DNA of 32,000 bases, from positions 1,170,001 to 1,202,000 of the forward strand of contig NC_006512.1 in the NCBI RefSeq assembly GCF_000008465.1, in the 5' to 3' direction. The notes below the pieces were generated by a model that was given only the letters and a program-made list of their open reading frames with translations, ran no database searches and was not told where the DNA came from. Positions within the stretch are counted from its first letter, which is position 1. Each line of letters opens with the position of its first letter. Source of the stretch: Idiomarina loihiensis L2TR (lineage in GTDB: Bacteria; Pseudomonadota; Gammaproteobacteria; Enterobacterales; Alteromonadaceae). A program made the translations under genes and the position numbers. Below are positions 26,862-32,000 of this stretch, piece by piece.

Positions 26862-27611
26862 CTAGAAACCTAAACTGGACAACAAATCGTCCACTTCGTC
26901 TTGTCCGCCAACCACGTCATCGCGTTGATCAGCATCGATAATTGGGCCTTCGGCATGGGCTGCATCTTTCTTAGGCGCAAGCCCTGCTTTTTCCGCGTTA
27001 CGACGTTCTTCTTCTTTACCAAATATCTTCAGTAGTTCAATCAGGTTCTTTTCAACGTCTTCGACCAATTGAATAACCCGGCGAATCACTTGCCCGGTAA
27101 TATCCTGAAAATCTTGCGCCATAAGCACTTCAGTCATTAACCCATGCACTTGAGGCATATTTTCGCCACAGCGCTTAAGTACGTCATCGACCTCATGACA
27201 TAAAGACTTGAATTCATTTAACTGAATATCGTTGCTCATTAACCGGTTCCAGGCCGGCATCACTTTCTCGACACGGTGATGCATATCGTCTGCAAGTGGT
27301 AGACAGGCTTCTACGGCATCCATGGTGCGATTCGCGGCGTCTTCAGTTTTTTCAATGACATACAGCAGACGATTTTGCGCGTCAGGAAGATCATCCTGCG
27401 TCATTTGCACAATGCGAGGGTCAACCTGAAAATCCTGGAGCGCTTCGTGGAGGTCTCGTGTTAACTGGCCTACAGAGGTAAACAACTTGTCATTACGACG
27501 GTTGTAAACATCTTCCAGTAATTGGTTAGCCTGCTGTTGTTTCCCGTCTTCAAGCAAGGCTACTAATTCCTTGGCTTGCTCCAGAGAAATATCATGGGCG
27601 TTATCAGACAT
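26862..27611 (-). CDS. cheZ: CheY-P phosphatase CheZ
   Basis: 249 aa with the catalytic region AQDFQDITGQ and the CheY-binding C-terminal peptide DEVDDLLSSLGF. Confidence 0.9.
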   Translation of the reverse strand: MSDNAHDISLEQAKELVALLEDGKQQQANQLLEDVYNRRNDKLFTSVGQLTRDLHEALQDFQVDPRIVQMTQDDLPDAQNRLLYVIEKTEDAANRTMDAVEACLPLADDMHHRVEKVMPAWNRLMSNDIQLNEFKSLCHEVDDVLKRCGENMPQVHGLMTEVLMAQDFQDITGQVIRRVIQLVEDVEKNLIELLKIFGKEEERRNAEKAGLAPKKDAAHAEGPIIDADQRDDVVGGQDEVDDLLSSLGF

Positions 27612-27624
27612 AGTCGTTCGCCCT

Positions 27625-28020
27625 TTAGCTGATTCGTTCGAAAATCTTGTCGAGCTTTTCTTTCAACGTTACGGCTGTAAATGGTTTTACAATGTAACCA
27701 TTTACTCCAGCTTGAGCTGCCATAATGATCTGCTCTCGTTTGGCTTCCGCCGTTACCATTAACACCGGTAAATGAGCCAGATTATCGTCTTTGCGAATTT
27801 CACGCAGCAAGTCGATTCCCTGCATACCCGGCATATTCCAGTCGGTTACGACAAAGTCGAAATCACCGTTCTGCAACATGGGCAATGCGGTATTACCGTC
27901 ATCGGCTTCCTGTATATTGGTAAAGCCAAGATCACGAAGTAAGTTCTTAATGATTCGTCTCATTGTAGAGAAGTCGTCCACAACGAGAATTTTCATATTT
28001 TTATCCAAAGCACCCTCCAC
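27625..28020 (-). CDS. cheY: Chemotaxis response regulator CheY
   Basis: It has [27 protein letters not shown] and YIVKPF. The track start at 28020 is GTG. The true start could be the TTG (MDKNMKIL) 4 nt after GGAGGG, or the downstream ATG. Confidence 0.95.
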   Translation of the reverse strand: MEGALDKNMKILVVDDFSTMRRIIKNLLRDLGFTNIQEADDGNTALPMLQNGDFDFVVTDWNMPGMQGIDLLREIRKDDNLAHLPVLMVTAEAKREQIIMAAQAGVNGYIVKPFTAVTLKEKLDKIFERIS

Positions 28021-28045
28021 TGAGGCTCTCGATTACAACCAAAGT

Positions 28046-28780
28046 TTATTCAACCCAATTTTGCATTCGCGACTTCAGTCGCAACATTGCCTGACTGTGA
28101 ATTTGACTGACTCGTGATTCACTCACGCTCAGCACTTCACCTATCTCTTTTAAATTCAATTCTTCGTCATAATACAACGAAAGCACCAAAGCTTCACGTT
28201 CTGGTAACGAAGATATTGTCGAAACCAGCGCTTTATGAAACGCAGCATTCTCAACATCTTTTTGCGGTTCATAAGCTGAACCCGTTACCTGCTCTGGCAT
28301 GATAGCATCTTCTGATACACCAAGATCTTCAATACCAACGATTCGTCCCGTGCTGACATCCCGCAAAATATGATGATATTCATCCATACCCATATTCAGC
28401 TTTGCGGCCACTTCCGTGTCTTTTGCATCGCGTCCGGTTTCATTTTCAACCTGACGAATGGCTTCCAGTACGCGCCGATGATTACGATGAACCGAGCGCG
28501 GAGCCCAGTCACCACGACGAATTTCGTCCAACATAGCACCACGAATGCGAATGCCGGCAAAGGTTTCGAAACTGGCGCCTTTACTGTTATCAAAGTTACG
28601 CGCAGCTTCTAATAAGCCAATCATGCCTGCCTGGATCAAATCATCCACTTGCACACTGGCTGGAAGTCTAGCCATCATATGGTGTGCAATACGCTTAACC
28701 AGCCCGGTATGCTGTTCAATAATAGCATTCCGGTTGTCAGCAGTGGCGGCATAAACGGCAGCTTTATTCATTGGCAACAT
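28046..28780 (-). CDS. fliA: Flagellar sigma factor FliA (sigma-28)
   Basis: 244 aa with region 2 (DDLIQAGMIGLLEA) and the region 4.2 HTH (LNLKEIGEVLSVSESRVSQIHSQA). It overlaps the flhG stop by 17 nt, or by 8 nt if the start is MNKAAVY at 28771. Confidence 0.93.
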   Translation of the reverse strand: MLPMNKAAVYAATADNRNAIIEQHTGLVKRIAHHMMARLPASVQVDDLIQAGMIGLLEAARNFDNSKGASFETFAGIRIRGAMLDEIRRGDWAPRSVHRNHRRVLEAIRQVENETGRDAKDTEVAAKLNMGMDEYHHILRDVSTGRIVGIEDLGVSEDAIMPEQVTGSAYEPQKDVENAAFHKALVSTISSLPEREALVLSLYYDEELNLKEIGEVLSVSESRVSQIHSQAMLRLKSRMQNWVE

Positions 28781-29636
28781 CCCGCTTACTCTCGTTATCG
28801 GCAGAAGTTATCAATTGTTCAAGAAAAAATTCTAAATGCCCGCCGGCTTGAGCGGGAACAGGCCAGTCAATGGCTTTCTTAGCCAAAGCTTTTATCGCTA
28901 AAGAAGCCGGCGATTTTGGGTAAGCCAGTACCATAGGTTGTTGTTTTCTAACAGCTAAACGCAAGTTGTCATCAAAAGGTATAATCGCGGCAAGCTCTAA
29001 AGCAACGTCTAAAAACCGATCGGTTACTTTAGTTAATTTATTGAACAATACTTGTCCGTCGCGCAGATTTCGTACCATATTGGCAACCACCTTGAATTTA
29101 AACAGGCCCTGCTCCCGGCTCAATACTTTTATCAGTGCATATGCATCAGTAATTGATGTGGGTTCATCACAAACCACTAATAAAACATCCTGTGATGCTC
29201 TGGCAAAGCTGACAACGGTATTACCAATACCCGCTGCAGTATCGACAATTAATACGTCATAGTTCCCCTGAAGCTGGCTGAAGGCTCTAATTAACCCGGC
29301 GTGTTCAGATTCGCTCAAGTCCACCATAGAGCGCGTTCCCGATGTTGCCGGAACAATTTTGATTCCCGCCGGGCCTTCAATCAGAATATCCTCTAACTCG
29401 CACTGCCCACTCAACACATGAGACAGGTTGCGCTCAACCCGCAGGCCTAACATAACATCGACGTTAGCCAGACCTAAGTCGGCATCCAGCACTAATACTC
29501 GTTTGCCCTGCTTTGCCATTGCGATAGCCATATTCAGCGACACGTTGGTTTTCCCAACGCCGCCTTTACCACCAGTTACCGCAATAACTTTTACTTTCGA
29601 TTGTTTCATTCTTCGCAGACCGCTTGCTTGATCCAT
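28764..29636 (-). CDS. flhG: MinD-like ATPase FlhG/FleN (flagellar number regulator)
   Basis: 290 aa with the deviant Walker A GGKGGVGKT. It lies between flhF and fliA. Confidence 0.9.
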   Translation of the reverse strand: MDQASGLRRMKQSKVKVIAVTGGKGGVGKTNVSLNMAIAMAKQGKRVLVLDADLGLANVDVMLGLRVERNLSHVLSGQCELEDILIEGPAGIKIVPATSGTRSMVDLSESEHAGLIRAFSQLQGNYDVLIVDTAAGIGNTVVSFARASQDVLLVVCDEPTSITDAYALIKVLSREQGLFKFKVVANMVRNLRDGQVLFNKLTKVTDRFLDVALELAAIIPFDDNLRLAVRKQQPMVLAYPKSPASLAIKALAKKAIDWPVPAQAGGHLEFFLEQLITSADNESKRDVANE

Positions 29637-29692
29637 CGGGCGTATCTCTTTTCTGACTAGATTGATAACAGCTTCATATTATATTGACTCAT

Positions 29693-31027
29693 TCAGCGAG
29701 AAAACGCCTCATTCCAGTACGATTTTGGCACGTCTGACACTGAGGAACAAATGCTTTTATCAAGCAGGCGCTCGGCCTCGGCAACCATAAAGTTCGCATC
29801 CGCTACCCGAATGTCTTCAGGCACTTGCTGGCCATTTGTTAAATAACCAACCGGTAAGCCATGTTCTATAGCTACGCTGATACTCTCACCTAAACTTAAG
29901 CATTCGTCCAACTTAGTGAAAATACAGCCAGACAAAGGCAGTGCTTTAAATTGCTTAACAGCATCCATCAGCACCTGGCTTTGTGATGTTGCAGACAACA
30001 CCAGGTAAGGACGAATCCGCAATCGTGAATTCTGAATAAGCTGGCTTAACTGTTCGTTCAAACGCTTGTCGCGTTGACCCATGCCTGCCGTATCAATCAA
30101 AATAAGACTTTTTTGACGTAGCGCAAGTAAAGCATCTGCCAGTTCCTGTGCATTTTTTGCCACTTTGACCGGACACCCTATGATACGACCATAGGTTTGT
30201 AATTGTTCACTGGCACCAATACGAAAGGTGTCGGTGGTAATTAAAGCCACTTTATCGGCACCATGGCGTTGCGCATAACGAGCGGCTAACTTCGCAATGG
30301 TCGTGGTTTTACCGACACCGGTAGGGCCGACTAACGCAACCGCTCCACCGCGCGTCAAAATGTCGTCAGAGGTCGTATTCAGCTGACCTTCTAATAAATG
30401 CAGAGTCTGTTCCCAGGCTTCATCATCTGATCCGCCTTCAGGAATAAAACACGCAATCTGGTCGGCAACTCGTTCGCTCAAGCCCATATCCATTAACCGA
30501 TTCATCAGCATAGAGCGGGTTGGTTCTTCACGATCCATTTCTTGTTTCATCAAGCCGCTCAACTGGTGTTCCAGCAATTGACGAATACCATTGACCTGAG
30601 AGCGCAGTTCAGCAATGGCCTGGGAGTCGTCGGCTGCCGGTGCGTTTACTTGTTCAGGAAAAATATCGTCGCTGAGTTGAGAAGCGTTAAATTCTTGTGG
30701 CTCGGCTTTCGGTTCTGGCCGTTTGGACGCTTCAGCAACCGCTTGCGTAGCAGAGCGTTGCGCAGGCTGTTCAGCCTGTGCCTGACGCTGTAACAATTCC
30801 TGCAAAGATTCAGCCGGCACTTCTGGCGTCTTTGACGCAGCCGGCTCATTTGGGGCCTGCTCAGCCATTGGCTGTGCCTGTTGCGCATCGGGGTCAATGG
30901 CTGCAACCAGCTCAATACCACCGTTTACTTTCTTATTGGACAGGATAATCGCATCCGGACCTAAGGTTTCTTTAACCTGTTGTAAACCACGGCGCATATC
31001 TTCGGCAAAAAAGCGTTTAATCTTCAC
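29693..31027 (-). CDS. flhF: SRP-type GTPase FlhF (flagellar placement)
   Basis: 444 aa. It has an N-terminal B domain MKIKRFFAEDMRRGLQQVKETLGPDAIIL, an acidic/Gln-rich linker and an NG domain with GPTGVGKTTT, DTAG and TKLDE. Confidence 0.92.
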   Translation of the reverse strand: MKIKRFFAEDMRRGLQQVKETLGPDAIILSNKKVNGGIELVAAIDPDAQQAQPMAEQAPNEPAASKTPEVPAESLQELLQRQAQAEQPAQRSATQAVAEASKRPEPKAEPQEFNASQLSDDIFPEQVNAPAADDSQAIAELRSQVNGIRQLLEHQLSGLMKQEMDREEPTRSMLMNRLMDMGLSERVADQIACFIPEGGSDDEAWEQTLHLLEGQLNTTSDDILTRGGAVALVGPTGVGKTTTIAKLAARYAQRHGADKVALITTDTFRIGASEQLQTYGRIIGCPVKVAKNAQELADALLALRQKSLILIDTAGMGQRDKRLNEQLSQLIQNSRLRIRPYLVLSATSQSQVLMDAVKQFKALPLSGCIFTKLDECLSLGESISVAIEHGLPVGYLTNGQQVPEDIRVADANFMVAEAERLLDKSICSSVSDVPKSYWNEAFSR

Positions 31028-31039
31028 AAGCGACTCCCG

Positions 31040-32000
31040 TTACTCTTGTGTGGCGGTTTGTTCACCACCGTTTTGTTGTCCACCAATTGAGCTGACAATG
31101 CGAATCTGTTTATCATCCGGTACTTCCTGATAGGACAACACGCGCATACCATCGGTAGCGTGACGCGCAAAACGCGCCATGGTTGACCTTAAAAGCCCCG
31201 AGGTCAGCAGTACTGAAGGCTCACCATTCATTTCCTGCTGCTGATGCACTTCGCGTAATGACTGTTGCAGGCGTTCGGCCAAACCAGGTTCGATTCCGGC
31301 GCCTTGCTGATTTCCGTCATTACCAGCCATTTGTAGTGACTGATGCAACATCTGTTCCAACTCTGGTGCCAAAGTTATGACAGGCAATTCCGCCGCCCCT
31401 TCAGCAATGTCCTGAACAATTAACCGACGCAGTGAAATTCTGACTGCAGCCGTCAGTACTTCTGGGTCCTGGCTGCGTCCTGCATACTCAACCAAAGTTT
31501 GTACAATGGTGCGCATATCCCGAATCGCGATGCCCTCGTCCAATAAGTTTTGCAGTACTTTCACAAAGTTACCCAGTGACAATAAATCCGGAATCAGCCC
31601 CTCAACCAGCTTAGGATGAGTACGCCCCAGACGGTCCAGCAATTCTTGTGCTTCTTCGTGACCCAGCAACTGAGATGCATGGTTGGTTACAATCTGACTT
31701 AAGTGCGTAGCGACTACGGTTGCAGCGTCAACCACGGTATAACCCAGAGTTTGGGCGTGCTCGCGTTGCTCAGGACGGATCCAGACAGCATCCAGCCCAA
31801 AGGCCGGATCTTTTGTCTTCTCACCGTCCAGCTCACCGAACACCTGGCCCGGGTTAATCGCCATCTCCCAGTCATGACGAATTTCAGCTTCACCCATGGT
31901 CACACCCATAAGAGTAATGCGGTAACTGTTGGGGCCTAAATCGAGGTTGTCCCGAATATGTACGGCCGGAACAAGGAAACCAAACTCCTGAGACTGCTTC
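31040..32000 (-). CDS. flhA: Flagellar export gate protein FlhA (C-terminal cytoplasmic domain only; N-terminus beyond window)
   Basis: The frame stays open upstream of the track ORF to the window edge (..SLQEFGFLVPAVHIRDNLDLGPNSYRITLMGVTMGEAEI..), which is typical FlhA-C sequence. It is followed 12 nt later by flhF. Confidence 0.95.
   Translation of the reverse strand, partial: KQSQEFGFLVPAVHIRDNLDLGPNSYRITLMGVTMGEAEIRHDWEMAINPGQVFGELDGEKTKDPAFGLDAVWIRPEQREHAQTLGYTVVDAATVVATHLSQIVTNHASQLLGHEEAQELLDRLGRTHPKLVEGLIPDLLSLGNFVKVLQNLLDEGIAIRDMRTIVQTLVEYAGRSQDPEVLTAAVRISLRRLIVQDIAEGAAELPVITLAPELEQMLHQSLQMAGNDGNQQGAGIEPGLAERLQQSLREVHQQQEMNGEPSVLLTSGLLRSTMARFARHATDGMRVLSYQEVPDDKQIRIVSSIGGQQNGGEQTATQE

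Noticed and set aside
1-32000. A whole-window look for tRNA or rRNA genes, CRISPR repeats, IS or transposase genes, integrases, toxin-antitoxin pairs, restriction or defence genes, and compositional islands.
   Set aside because: None were found. Every gap over 60 bp is accounted for by divergent promoters. Composition and codon style look uniform by eye, and all large ORFs have housekeeping, respiratory-biogenesis or motility identities.

Overview
This is a densely packed, core-genome window from a polarly flagellated marine-type gammaproteobacterium. The gene order resembles Vibrio, Alteromonadales and Pseudomonas; I cannot fix the taxon, and GC looks roughly mid-40s % by eye. Intergenic gaps are mostly under 80 bp.

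Genes from left to right:
- ruvB (partial), ruvA, ruvC, yebC and aspS form one tight minus-strand string.
- Next come a periplasmic-sensor GGDEF cyclase, cmoA-cmoB plus a LysR regulator, galU, a small membrane ORF and an RssB-like response regulator.
- A 10-gene minus-strand run, ccmABCDEFGHI-mlaA(vacJ), is joined by overlapping stop and start codons.
- A divergent plus-strand pair encodes a FliK-like protein and a stand-alone FlhB C-terminal-like protein.
- The polar flagellar/chemotaxis string on the minus strand is flhA (partial), flhF, flhG, fliA, cheY, cheZ, cheA, cheB, parC, parP, cheW and a DUF2802-like gene.

I saw no tRNA or rRNA genes, CRISPR arrays, IS elements or phage genes, no defence-island signature, and no unexplained non-coding block.

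The least-understood content:
- The translationally coupled FliK-like / FlhB-CC-like pair, together with the adjacent DUF2802-like gene.
- A CheA whose P1-P3 linker has no room for a globular P2 domain and instead carries three tandem copies of a peptide resembling the CheY-binding C-terminus of the neighbouring CheZ.
- Unusual low-complexity spacers in ParP and MlaA.

All functional calls rest on motifs read by eye and on synteny. No database search was run.
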